From an uncultured Clostridia bacterium (GTDB lineage: Bacteria > Bacillota > Clostridia > Christensenellales > Borkfalkiaceae): a stretch of 64,000 nucleotides of DNA. Below, piece after piece: positions 15,307 to 24,867 of the stretch (positions are counted from its first letter, which is position 1; each line of letters starts with the position of its first letter). Made by a program: the position numbers and the translations under genes. Below the pieces are notes generated by a model. The model did no database searches and was not told the DNA's origin. It saw only the letters and a list, made by a program, of their open reading frames with translations. Location: positions 701 to 64,700 of the forward strand of contig CANRLK010000003.1 in NCBI GenBank assembly GCA_947631465.1, written 5' to 3'.

Positions 15307-15872
15307 CTTTTTTGCCCCGCGCGAAGTTTTTTCAGATAGCAAAGGCGAAGAAGGACCGCGCCGAGGAGGGTCGAAAAGAGGGTGCAAATCAGGGTGGGAA
15401 GGAGGATGTCCGCGGGCGAAGCAGACCCCGCCGAAAGGCGCAGGGAAAGCACAGTCGTGGGCAAAAGTTGCAGGCTTGTGGCGTTCAGGACGAAGAGCAT
15501 GTCCGCGGCGTAGTCGTTTTTCTCGGCGCAGAAGCGTTCGGCGGCGCGGATCCCGAGCGGCGTGGGCGCGCCTGGAAGCCCTAAGAGATTGGCGGAGAGG
15601 TTTTCGCTCGCATAGAGAAGCGCTTCGCGGTCGTTCGAGCGGAACAGCTTTTTGGAGAGCGGAAAGAGGCGGGAAGAGAGTTTTTTGGAAAGCCCGCTGT
15701 TCTCCATGACCTTGAAAAACCCGAGCCAAACGCAATAGACGAAGAGCAAAGAGACGGACAGGACCGCGGCTTTTTCCGCGCCCGAGAGAAGGGCGGACAG
15801 AAAGCCGTTTGCATCGAAGAAGAGAAAGAGGAGCGAGGAGAGCAGAAAGATGACGGCAAAGATGACGTTCAT
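15303..15872 (-). CDS. spmA: Spore maturation protein A
   Basis: The sequence MNVIFAVIFLL...NLLGLPGAPTPLG is SpmA-like. Confidence 0.85.
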   Translation of the reverse strand: MNVIFAVIFLLSSLLFLFFDANGFLSALLSGAEKAAVLSVSLLFVYCVWLGFFKVMENSGLSKKLSSRLFPLSKKLFRSNDREALLYASENLSANLLGLPGAPTPLGIRAAERFCAEKNDYAADMLFVLNATSLQLLPTTVLSLRLSAGSASPADILLPTLICTLFSTLLGAVLLRLCYLKKLRAGQKR

Positions 15873-16047
15873 GCCAAATTTTATGCTTGTCCGCGCGCGG
15901 TTATGCGGGAAAAGCGGGGCAAGAAGGGCGCGGCAAGACAAAAAGACGGCGCTAAGGTCTTGTTTTTTGCAAAAAACGTTTTACTTTTTAAGGAGATTGA
16001 TTTATAATGAACATAACGCTTATTCTCATGCGAAATAAGAGGTGGAT

Positions 16048-18021
16048 ATGAAACGCGAACCCTATTACATTACGACCCCGATCTATTACCCGAGCGGGAA
16101 TTGGCACATCGGGCACTGCTACACGACGGTCATATGCGACGCGCTCGCCCGGTTTCATCGGATGCTCGGCGAGGACGTGTTCTTTTTGACGGGCACGGAC
16201 GAGCACGGACAGAAGGTGGAGAAAGAGGCGAAGGAGCGCGGCGTGACCCCCCTTCAATTCATCGACCCCCTCGTCGACGAACTCAAAAGCATGTGGAGCT
16301 TGCTCGACGTCTCTTACAGCCGCTTCATCCGCACGACGGACGAGGACCATATCGCTTGCGTGCAGAAGATCTATCAAAAGCTCTATGAGAGCGGAGACAT
16401 CTATAAATCGGAGTACAGCGGATACTACTGTACCCCCTGCGAGAGCATGTGGACGGAAGCGCAGCTCAAAGACGGCAAATGCCCCGACTGCGGGAGAGAG
16501 GTGACTCTTCAAAAGGAAGAGAGCTATTTCTTCCGTCTTTCCAAGTACGCGCCGCGCATTCTGAAACTGTATGAGGACAACCCCGAATTTTTACAGCCCA
16601 AATCGCGCGTCAACGAAATGGTCAACAATTTCTTGAAGGCGGGGCTTCAAGATCTCTGCGTCTCGCGCACGACGGTCAAGTGGGGGGTGCAGCTGCCCTT
16701 CGACAAAAACCACTATTCCTATGTCTGGATCGACGCGCTCTCCAATTATCTGAGCGCGCTCGGATACCTTTCCAGCGACGATTCTCTCTTCAAAAAATAT
16801 TGGCCCGCAAATCTGCACATGGTCGGGAAGGAGATCGTGCGCTTCCATGCCGTCATCTGGCCCGCGATTTTGATGGCGCTCGGGCTCGAACCCCCCAAAC
16901 AGGTCTACGGGCACGGATGGCTGCTCATCGGCGGGGACAAGCTCTCCAAGAGCAAGCAGGACGCGATCAAATACGAACTCACCGACCCCTATGAGCTCGT
17001 CAAACGCTACGGCTCGGACGCGGTGCGGTACTTCCTGCTCCGCGAGATCCCCTTCGGCAGCGACGGGGAATACACCAACGAGCGGCTGCTCCTCCGAATC
17101 AACGCCGATCTTGCAAACGACCTCGGCAACCTCGTTTCAAGGACGTGCGCGATGATCGGGCAGAGCTTTTCGGGCACGCTTCCCGCATGCGGAAAGAGCG
17201 AAGAGGTCGATCTCGCGCTCGAAGAGGCGGCAAACGGACTGTTTGAAAAGGTCAAGGGGGCGATGGACCGTCTCAACGCGCCCGACGCGCTCGGCGAGAT
17301 CTTTTCGGTCGTCTCCAAGGCGAATAAATATATCGACGAGACCGCGCCTTGGCTGCTTGCCAAGGACGAGTCCAAGCGCGATCGGCTTGCGACCGTCCTC
17401 TATCATCTTGCCGAAGTTTGCAGGATCTGCGCCGTCATGTTAAAGCCGTTTTTGACCAAGGCGTCCTGCCTTATTCTCAGAAGCTTTTCATGCGACGAAA
17501 ATGAGGGCTTCGAACACGTCTCTTTCGGCGCGCTCAAAGCGGGCGCGAAGGTCGAGAAACTTCCGCCCATCTTCCCGCGCATCGACGTCAAAAAGGAGCT
17601 TGCGGAAGTGGAAAAGCTCGTCAAAGAGCGCAAGGCGAAGGAGAAAAAACAGGCAACGCCCGCAAAACAAGCGCCTGCGCAAGCGGAGGCGAAGGGGGAG
17701 ATCTCGATCGACGATTTTGCAAAGATCGAACTCAAAGTCGGGACGGTCATTGCCTGCGAAAAGGTCGCAAAGTCCGAAAAACTGCTGCATGAGACGGTGA
17801 AGATCGGGGACGAGACCCGCTCGGTCGTCTCGGGCATTGCAAAATACTATACGCCCGAAGAGATGGTGGGAAAGAACGTCGTGCTCGTGACAAACTTAAA
17901 GCCCGTCAAGCTCTGCGGGGTGCTCTCCGAGGGCATGATCTTGTGCGCCGAGGACGAAAACGGCGTTTTGAGCCTGCTCACCCCCGAAAAGGAGATGGGG
18001 AGCGGGGCAAACATCCGATGA
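16048..18021 (+). CDS. metG: Methionine--tRNA ligase with a C-terminal tRNA-binding (EMAP/Trbp111) domain
   Basis: It has a HIGH-type motif (WHIGH), KLSKS, a Zn knuckle (CTPCE..CPDCG) and a C-terminal LKVGTV...VVSGI sequence. Confidence 0.97.
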   Translation: MKREPYYITTPIYYPSGNWHIGHCYTTVICDALARFHRMLGEDVFFLTGTDEHGQKVEKEAKERGVTPLQFIDPLVDELKSMWSLLDVSYSRFIRTTDEDHIACVQKIYQKLYESGDIYKSEYSGYYCTPCESMWTEAQLKDGKCPDCGREVTLQKEESYFFRLSKYAPRILKLYEDNPEFLQPKSRVNEMVNNFLKAGLQDLCVSRTTVKWGVQLPFDKNHYSYVWIDALSNYLSALGYLSSDDSLFKKYWPANLHMVGKEIVRFHAVIWPAILMALGLEPPKQVYGHGWLLIGGDKLSKSKQDAIKYELTDPYELVKRYGSDAVRYFLLREIPFGSDGEYTNERLLLRINADLANDLGNLVSRTCAMIGQSFSGTLPACGKSEEVDLALEEAANGLFEKVKGAMDRLNAPDALGEIFSVVSKANKYIDETAPWLLAKDESKRDRLATVLYHLAEVCRICAVMLKPFLTKASCLILRSFSCDENEGFEHVSFGALKAGAKVEKLPPIFPRIDVKKELAEVEKLVKERKAKEKKQATPAKQAPAQAEAKGEISIDDFAKIELKVGTVIACEKVAKSEKLLHETVKIGDETRSVVSGIAKYYTPEEMVGKNVVLVTNLKPVKLCGVLSEGMILCAEDENGVLSLLTPEKEMGSGANIR

Positions 18022-18779
18022 TCGACGTCCACGCCCACTTTGCGGACGAGGGCTACTCGTTCCCCGAAGAATGGGAGAAGATCCAAGAGGCGGGCGTTTC
18101 GAGGGTCATTCTCGCAAGCGATACCATAGCCCATGCAAAGTGGCACGAAAATTTCGCAAGGACGCACGAGGGCTGTTATTTTACGGTCGGGGTGCATCCC
18201 GAGTTCGCGGAAACGCCGCTTTCGGAAGGCGACATCGAAGAGATCAAGGCGCTCGCCGCGTCGGAAAAATGCGTTGCGATCGGAGAGATCGGGCTCGACT
18301 ATCACTATGAGGGCTGCCAAGCGGAAAGACAGCGGGAATTGTTCGTGACCCAGCTTCGCATCGCAAATGAGCTTGGGCTTCCCGTGGAGATCCATTCTCG
18401 CGACGCGCTTTGCGATACGCTTGCGATCTTGAATGAGTGCAGGGAATTTTTGAAGCACGGCTTTCTCATGCACTGCTACGGGTACGGAAAAGAGGAACTC
18501 GGCAAATTTTTATCGCTCGGCGGGTACTTTTCGTTCGGCGGGGTCACCTGCTTCAAGAATGCGCGAAGGGTGCAGGAGAGCGTCATCGCCTGCCCCATGG
18601 ATAAGATCTTGTCCGAGACGGACAGCCCCTACCTTTCTCCCTTCCGCGGGGAGAAAAACAGTCCCGCGAACATCCCCGTCATCGTCGAAAAGATCGCGAT
18701 GCTGAAAGGGATGGATGTGCGCGAGGCGGAATCGGCGATTTGGAAGAACGCCCAAAAACTCTTCCCCAAGTTATCATGA
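18018..18779 (+). CDS. tatD: TatD-family metal-dependent hydrolase/DNase
   Basis: It starts MIDVHAHF and contains EIGLDYHY and EIHSRDA. An ATGA overlap links it to metG. Confidence 0.93.
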   Translation: MIDVHAHFADEGYSFPEEWEKIQEAGVSRVILASDTIAHAKWHENFARTHEGCYFTVGVHPEFAETPLSEGDIEEIKALAASEKCVAIGEIGLDYHYEGCQAERQRELFVTQLRIANELGLPVEIHSRDALCDTLAILNECREFLKHGFLMHCYGYGKEELGKFLSLGGYFSFGGVTCFKNARRVQESVIACPMDKILSETDSPYLSPFRGEKNSPANIPVIVEKIAMLKGMDVREAESAIWKNAQKLFPKLS

Positions 18780-19369
18780 AGGATACTTACGTCTATCAGA
18801 TCGGAGACAATCTCTATCTCAACCTCACCAACCGCTGTTCGAATTTCTGCACATTCTGCGTGCGGAACGATAAGGAGAGCTATGAAGGCTATCCGCTCTG
18901 GCTCAAAAACGGCGAGCCGACCATAGAGCAGGTCATTGAAGAGATCGGCGACCCCAAGCGGTACAAGGAGGTCGTCTTTTGCGGGTTCGGCGAGCCGACC
19001 TTTCGCATCGACGCGATCGTCGAGATCGCGGAATACGTCCACCGCAAGGGCGGAAAGACCCGTCTCAACACCAACGGGCTCGGAAGCTATCTCAACGGGA
19101 CGGACATCGTGCCGCTCTTGAAAGGGCGGATCGACGCCGTGAACGTCTCCCTCAACGCGCCGACCAAGAAGGAATACGACAAAGTTTGCCGCCCGCGTAT
19201 CGACGAGAGCTTCGGCTGCATGGTCTCCTTTGCGCAGCATTGCCATGAGGCGGGACTGAACACCTGGTTCTCGGTCGTGGATTGTATCGGCGAAGAGGCG
19301 ATCGCAGGTTGCCGCAGGATCGCCGAAGCGATTGGTATCCCGTTAAGAGTTAGAAAGACGATAAAATAA
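18776..19369 (+). CDS. Radical SAM protein of the TatD-associated type
   Basis: The CxxxCxxC motif is NRCSNFCTFC, close to the N-terminus. An ATGA overlap links it to tatD. Confidence 0.8.
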   Translation: MKDTYVYQIGDNLYLNLTNRCSNFCTFCVRNDKESYEGYPLWLKNGEPTIEQVIEEIGDPKRYKEVVFCGFGEPTFRIDAIVEIAEYVHRKGGKTRLNTNGLGSYLNGTDIVPLLKGRIDAVNVSLNAPTKKEYDKVCRPRIDESFGCMVSFAQHCHEAGLNTWFSVVDCIGEEAIAGCRRIAEAIGIPLRVRKTIK

Positions 19370-19408
19370 ATCAAAGAGCCGTGCTTTTCTGGCGCGGCTC
19401 TCATCATC

Positions 19409-20305
19409 ATGAGTGAGGAGAGAGTTCTCTCTGAAAAACAGTATGGGCGCGATTTTGCGGGGTTTGCAAGGGAAGTTATGGAAAAAGATCTTTTGAGCCG
19501 AAACGGGTTCAAATTCAAAAAGCAATACGGGCAGAATTTTCTCTCGGACAAAAACCTGCTGGGCGCGATCGCGCGCGATTCGGGGGCGGCGGGCGAGACG
19601 GTGCTCGAAATCGGCGCGGGGGCGGGCGCGCTCACCCTTGCGCTTTGCGAGATCGCGGCGCGCGTTGTCTCCTTCGAGATCGACCGCTCCCTTCAAGACG
19701 TGCTCAAAGAGACCTTGAACGGGCGGGAAAACGTTCAAATCGTCTTTCGTGATTTCATGAAGGAAGATCTCTCGTCCCTCGAAGAAAAACTCGGTAAGTA
19801 TCTCGTCTGCGCCAATCTTCCCTATTATGTGACGACGCCCGTCGTCATGAAGTTCGTCGAAGAGAGCAAAAACTGCCGTTCGCTGACGCTCATGGTGCAG
19901 GAAGAGGTCGCGCGGCGTTTTTGCGCGAAGGCGGGCACGCCCGACTACGGCGCGGTCACGGCGGCGATCGCTCGGCGGGGCGAGGCGAAGCTGCTCCGCA
20001 AGGTCTCGAAGGACATGTTCACCCCCCGTCCGAAGGTGGATTCGGCTGTCGTCAGGCTCGATTTTCAAAGGGGCGGCTTTGAGGTCAAGAGCGCGGAGTG
20101 CTTCAAAAAGACCCTTCGCATCGCCTTTTCAAGCCGCAGAAAGACCCTCGAAAACAACCTGATGGCGGGGCTCTCCCTCTCGCGCGGCGAGGCAAAGGAG
20201 CTTTTGGGAGAGGCGGGGATCGAAGAAGGGGTTCGGGGCGAGACGCTCCCGCCCGAGGAACTCGGCGCGCTCTCCGACCATATTTTCGACGCTTTCGGAG
20301 AATAA
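19409..20305 (+). CDS. rsmA: 16S rRNA (adenine1518/1519-N6)-dimethyltransferase
   Basis: It carries KKQYGQNFL, EIGAGAGALT and NLPYY. Confidence 0.95.
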   Translation: MSEERVLSEKQYGRDFAGFAREVMEKDLLSRNGFKFKKQYGQNFLSDKNLLGAIARDSGAAGETVLEIGAGAGALTLALCEIAARVVSFEIDRSLQDVLKETLNGRENVQIVFRDFMKEDLSSLEEKLGKYLVCANLPYYVTTPVVMKFVEESKNCRSLTLMVQEEVARRFCAKAGTPDYGAVTAAIARRGEAKLLRKVSKDMFTPRPKVDSAVVRLDFQRGGFEVKSAECFKKTLRIAFSSRRKTLENNLMAGLSLSRGEAKELLGEAGIEEGVRGETLPPEELGALSDHIFDAFGE

Positions 20306-20434
20306 ATGCGAAAAAAGGGCGTCATTTCACGAAAAATTTGCTTTTGTCACAATAAAATATGATACATGCACGCTTGAAAATCGCATTCAAGCGTGTTATA
20401 CTATATTCCGAAAAAAAGTGCGAGGAAAGAGAAG

Positions 20435-21130
20435 ATGGGTGGGATCGCCGTAAGCAATTTGACCAAGATCTACGGGAGCGGGCAGCGCGAAGTGCGCGCG
20501 CTCGACCATGCGAGCTTTACCATTTCGGAAGGGGAGTTCACGGTAATTTTAGGACCGAGCGGCTCGGGCAAAAGCACCCTTTTGAACATTCTCGGCGGCA
20601 TGGACAAGGCGAGCGAGGGCTCGGTCGAAGTATTCGGCAAGGAGATCACCCGCTTTTCCGCCAAAGAGCTCGTGAGCTATCGCAGGCGGGACATCGGGTT
20701 TGTCTTTCAGTTTTACAATCTCATGCCCAATCTGACGGCGCGGGAGAACGTCGCGATCGCGCGCTGCGAGGGCAGCATGGACGAGAAGGACGCGCTCGAA
20801 AAGGTGGGGCTCAAAGATCGCGGCAACAACTTTCCGTCCCAGCTCTCGGGCGGGGAACAGCAGCGGGTGAGCATTGCCCGTGCGATCGTCAAAAAGCCGC
20901 CCTTGCTCCTTTGCGACGAGCCGACGGGCGCGCTCGATTCCAAGACGGGACGCATGATCCTCGTCCTTTTGAAACAGCTCAAAGAGGAGTACGGCACGAC
21001 GGTCGTGCTCGTCACCCACAATGCGAAACTTGCGGACGTTGCGGACCGCGTCATTCGGCTCTCGGACGGAAAGATCGCCGAGAACGTCTGCAACCTCTCG
21101 CCCAAAGAGGCAGGTGAGGTCGAGTGGTAA
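20435..21130 (+). CDS. ABC transporter ATP-binding protein (MacB/LolD type)
   Basis: It has Walker A GPSGSGKST, the signature LSGGEQQR and Walker B LLLCDEPT. The SD GAGGAAAGAG is present. Confidence 0.95.
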   Translation: MGGIAVSNLTKIYGSGQREVRALDHASFTISEGEFTVILGPSGSGKSTLLNILGGMDKASEGSVEVFGKEITRFSAKELVSYRRRDIGFVFQFYNLMPNLTARENVAIARCEGSMDEKDALEKVGLKDRGNNFPSQLSGGEQQRVSIARAIVKKPPLLLCDEPTGALDSKTGRMILVLLKQLKEEYGTTVVLVTHNAKLADVADRVIRLSDGKIAENVCNLSPKEAGEVEW

Positions 21131-23466
21131 ACAAATTCCTCTTCAAACTCACGGCACGGGAATTATTTCGCAATTGGTTTCAATACCTTTCGATGTTCGT
21201 CATCACCGCGCTCTCCGCGACCCTGTTTTTGGGCTTCATCTCAAATACAATTACGTTAAGAAAGCGCGCGGATCTCTACCTCGACGCTTCGGAGCTGTCC
21301 GATCTCATCGTGCAGGTCAGCTCTTTCGAGACCGCCGACAAGGACTTTTTGTCCCGTTTTTCCCCCGAATACCGCATTTACTCGGACGGCGAGTTCAAAA
21401 AGGCGGGTGAAGCGGGACAGTCCAATATCGCGAAGATCTTCGTCTCGGATACCGAGCGCAACAAGCCGTACATCGTCGAGGGCGAGGCGGGGGTCTTGAT
21501 CGACAAGACCGTCGCGGGCTTGGGCAGAAACGGCAGCGAATATAAGGTCGGCGATGAGATCGAGATCGAATTTACGGCGTTCAAGCCTCTTTTCGAGCAA
21601 TTCAACGTCCCTTCGAGCTATACCTTTACGATCACGGGACTCATGCACTCGGTCGAGGGCGTGAACATCTATTCCAATTCCCCCGTCTTTTTGAGCGAGG
21701 AAGTCGTCCTCGAAGCCATCAAAAGCGCCTTGCCCATGCCGTCGCTTGCAAACGGCGTGATCGGATACCTCTATAACCAGGCGCTCATCGAAAGCGACAA
21801 CTATGCCGAAGAAAAAGAGGAGATCAGAGAGTATTTCTCAGAGAAAGCGGAGAGCAATCTGCTCTTTGTGTACGACCGCGACACGATGGAGTCGGTCGTC
21901 ATCCTCGACAACGAGGTGGAGCAGTCCAAGAACATGCTCTACATCTTTCCCGTCATCTTCTTTCTTGTCTCCGTGCTGGTCATTATGACGAGCATCTCCC
22001 GCCTCATCTTGCGCGAGCGCATCAACATCGGCACGTTCAAGGCGCTCGGGATGGGGAACGGAAGGATCATGTTCCACTATGCGTTTATGGGGGCTGCGGT
22101 CACCTTTTTGGGTTGTCTTGCGGGCGCGGTGTTGGGACCGCTCATCGTCCCCGCCGTCATGACGGTCAAATACGGCTTGATCTTCTCGATGCCCAAGATG
22201 ACGGCGACCGTCTTTTCCGTCCCTTGGACGGCGGGCTTTACCCTCGCCTTTTCGCTCCTGTCCCTTGCGATCGGCTTTTGGGCGGCGCGCTCGGTGATCA
22301 AGGAAAACCCTGCGGAGTGCATGCGTCCCAAACAGATCGCCTATACCCCCAAGGTCATGCGCGGCACGGGTCGGAGCAAAAACAGCAGGCATTTGCTGTT
22401 ATCCTGCCGCATGGCGCTCCGCAACATCCGCATCAACAGCGGGCGATCGCTCATGACGGTCATCGGCGTGGCGGGCTGCGCCGCACTGCTTTTAACGAGC
22501 TTCGGCATCGGCGACACCATGCAGGCGTCCGTCGAAAACGATTACGGCTATTTGAGCGATTTCGACGTCACAAGCCCCTATGCCGCCGCGCAGGAAGAGA
22601 GCTTCTTTGAAACACTCGAACAGCTCAAAGCGGACGGCAAGATCGAGTTTTACGAGCGCGTGAGAACGTATGTCGCGACCGCCCATACCGCAAAGCAGAG
22701 CAAGGACATCTCCGTCTATGTGTTCGAAAAGGGGTCGAAAATGAACCGCGTCACCGAGGGCGGGAATACCCTTTCGCGCATCACGGCGGACGTTTTGGGG
22801 GTCAAAAAGGGGGAACGGTTTACCTTCACGCTCGGGGCGTGCTCCGCTGAGTATGAGATCGAGGACGTCGTCCCCACGTCCACCTGGAATGGATTCTTCA
22901 CGAGCGAGAACTATTTCTCGGACGATTGCTATTTTCAGGAGAACGTCTGGGTGCGCACGGCATATCAGGACGAGGTGCGCGACGCACTCAATGAAGTGAA
23001 CGGCACGGGCACTGCCAAGACCATGGCGGACCGCCGCGGCGAGATCGAGTCCCTCATCTCCTCGACGAACGCCATGAAGTATACCCTCATGGTCTTTGCC
23101 GTTCTTCTTTCCGTCGTCGTGTTGTATAATCTCTCCCTTCTCAATGTCAAGGAGAGAACGCGCGACATGGCGACGATGAAGGTCCTGGGCTTTGACAACT
23201 TTCAAGTCTCCTTTGCGCTCATCATGGAGATCTTGATCCTGACCCTCGTCGGGACGTTGATCGGGAGCTGTTTCGGCTATCCGCTCATGTACCTCGTGAT
23301 GAAGCTCAACGAGATGGCGACGATGGCGTTCATCTATGCCTTGAAGCCGCTCTCCTATCTATTGACGGTCTTTGGGTCTCTTCTCACCGCCGCCGCGATC
23401 AACGGCGTGTTCGGTCTGCTCATCTCGAAGATCAGCATGACCGAATCGCTCAAAAGCGTGGAATGA
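21124..23466 (+). CDS. FtsX-family ABC permease (780 aa, two FtsX modules)
   Basis: Two blocks of 4 TM segments are separated by large extracytoplasmic domains. The start overlaps the end of the ATPase gene. Confidence 0.9.
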   Translation: MVNKFLFKLTARELFRNWFQYLSMFVITALSATLFLGFISNTITLRKRADLYLDASELSDLIVQVSSFETADKDFLSRFSPEYRIYSDGEFKKAGEAGQSNIAKIFVSDTERNKPYIVEGEAGVLIDKTVAGLGRNGSEYKVGDEIEIEFTAFKPLFEQFNVPSSYTFTITGLMHSVEGVNIYSNSPVFLSEEVVLEAIKSALPMPSLANGVIGYLYNQALIESDNYAEEKEEIREYFSEKAESNLLFVYDRDTMESVVILDNEVEQSKNMLYIFPVIFFLVSVLVIMTSISRLILRERINIGTFKALGMGNGRIMFHYAFMGAAVTFLGCLAGAVLGPLIVPAVMTVKYGLIFSMPKMTATVFSVPWTAGFTLAFSLLSLAIGFWAARSVIKENPAECMRPKQIAYTPKVMRGTGRSKNSRHLLLSCRMALRNIRINSGRSLMTVIGVAGCAALLLTSFGIGDTMQASVENDYGYLSDFDVTSPYAAAQEESFFETLEQLKADGKIEFYERVRTYVATAHTAKQSKDISVYVFEKGSKMNRVTEGGNTLSRITADVLGVKKGERFTFTLGACSAEYEIEDVVPTSTWNGFFTSENYFSDDCYFQENVWVRTAYQDEVRDALNEVNGTGTAKTMADRRGEIESLISSTNAMKYTLMVFAVLLSVVVLYNLSLLNVKERTRDMATMKVLGFDNFQVSFALIMEILILTLVGTLIGSCFGYPLMYLVMKLNEMATMAFIYALKPLSYLLTVFGSLLTAAAINGVFGLLISKISMTESLKSVE

Positions 23467-23545
23467 CCTTAAAGATAAATGAAATTTTTCGTTCATTGTC
23501 GGAAAACGCTTTTCAAAAGCGCAAAATATATGGTATAATTCGGTT

Positions 23546-23812
23546 ATGAAGAAGAAAACGACGGTCTATGAGGACGAAGAAGCCAAACGGCAAAAATATG
23601 CCGAAGAGCACATCGTGGAATGCCCCCACTGCGGAGAGGGGGTGTTCGATCACATGAAAACCTGCCCCCACTGCGGGGGAAAGCTCGACCCGAAAGGGTA
23701 TAACCCGCTGACGGACAAACAGATCAAAAAGATCAAGACCGTCACTTGGATCGTCGGCATGGTGATCGCCGTGACCGTCGTCATCCTGTATTTTGCCCTA
23801 TGGAAGAAATAA
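23546..23812 (+). CDS. Zinc-ribbon protein with a C-terminal TM anchor (88 aa)
   Basis: It contains CPHCGEG...CPHCGG and then a TM helix. TGGTATAAT ends 6 nt before the ATG, with no SD. Confidence 0.7.
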   Translation: MKKKTTVYEDEEAKRQKYAEEHIVECPHCGEGVFDHMKTCPHCGGKLDPKGYNPLTDKQIKKIKTVTWIVGMVIAVTVVILYFALWKK

Positions 23813-24009
23813 TTTATTGAGCCTATCGCCGCTCTACCCGTGGTAGAGTGGTATTTTTATGCCGTAGAGCGGGGAAATTCTGCGGTAGAAGGGCGAAAAA
23901 AAAGAGGAGAGCGCAAAATACGCGCTTTCGCCCGAAAAGGACGAAGAAATGCTTTCTTCTTTTCGGAAAATTGCTTATACTGCAAAGGAACAGCGAAAGG
24001 AGGACAAGG

Positions 24010-24762
24010 ATGGAACGGTCTGCGGAGATCATGTTACGGGACGAGGAAAAGCCGAAGGAGACGCGCGCAGAGCGGCGGCGGAGACGGCGCGAGGAGATCT
24101 TATCGGGCAAGCGGCGGGGATTTTGCTCGTTTTACACGCACGGCGAGGAGATCTTCAACGCCGTCTCGCACATCGCGGGCGGGGGGATCGGGCTTATCTT
24201 TACGATCGTCTGCCTCGTGTTCGCCTATCCGTCGGCGGCGGCGATGGTTTCGGTCGCGGTGTTCGGCGGCTGCGCCGTCATTTTATACACGATGAGCGCG
24301 CTCTACCACTTTTTGCCCGACGGCAGGGCGAAGGGCGTGTTCCGCATCTTCGACCACTGCACGATCTTTCTGCTCATCGCGGGGACTTATACGCCGTTTT
24401 GCGTGATCATGCTCGGAAATACCCCGCTCTCGATCTCGGTCTTGGTGCTCGAATGGGCTTGCGCCGTGCTCGGCGTGACGGGCAACGCCATCGCAATGAA
24501 CAGCAAGACGATCAAAATTTTGTCGATGGTGTTCTATCTTTGCATGGGCTGGGCGGCGGCGCTCGTCTTGCCGCGGCTCATCGGGAGCGCGCCCGCCGTC
24601 TCGCTGCTTCTGCTCCTTGCGGGCGGCATTGCCTACACGGGCGGGATCTTGTTCTTTGCCCTCGGGAAGAAAGTGCGCTACTTCCACTCCGTCTGGCATC
24701 TTTTCGACATTGCGGGCACGGTATTGCAGTTTTTGAGCATTTTATTCCTGTTGATAAGTTGA
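24010..24762 (+). CDS. Hemolysin III/PAQR-family membrane protein
   Basis: EEIFNAVSHIAGGGIG is followed by 7 TM segments and HLFDIAG. AGGAGG lies 7 nt upstream of the ATG at 24010. Confidence 0.9.
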   Translation: MERSAEIMLRDEEKPKETRAERRRRRREEILSGKRRGFCSFYTHGEEIFNAVSHIAGGGIGLIFTIVCLVFAYPSAAAMVSVAVFGGCAVILYTMSALYHFLPDGRAKGVFRIFDHCTIFLLIAGTYTPFCVIMLGNTPLSISVLVLEWACAVLGVTGNAIAMNSKTIKILSMVFYLCMGWAAALVLPRLIGSAPAVSLLLLLAGGIAYTGGILFFALGKKVRYFHSVWHLFDIAGTVLQFLSILFLLIS

Positions 24763-24798
24763 TAACTATTGTGGATAACGTTCTTGATAAGTGGATAG
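24750..24798. promoter_or_regulatory. DnaA-box cluster
   Basis: One perfect TGTGGATAA lies at 24770-24778. Three 2-mismatch boxes (GTTGATAAG, GTTGATAAC, AGTGGATAG) lie within 50 bp. The cluster straddles the hlyIII stop codon in a convergent gap. Confidence 0.5.
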
Positions 24799-24867
24799 AG
24801 GTGGAAAATCAAAAGGCGCGCCGCCCGTTTGTCGGGCGGCGCGCCGTATTTTCTCTTGGGAGAATGC

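Noticed and set aside
23813-24009. A possible riboswitch or attenuator in the hlyIII leader. The evidence is nested hairpins (GGGCGAAA...TTTCGCCC, GAAGAAAtgcTTTCTTC-TTTTC) and repeated GTAGAG motifs.
   Set aside because: I cannot match it to any riboswitch class by eye. The hairpins may simply be the terminator of the upstream zinc-ribbon gene plus a leader stem. It would need cmsearch against Rfam.
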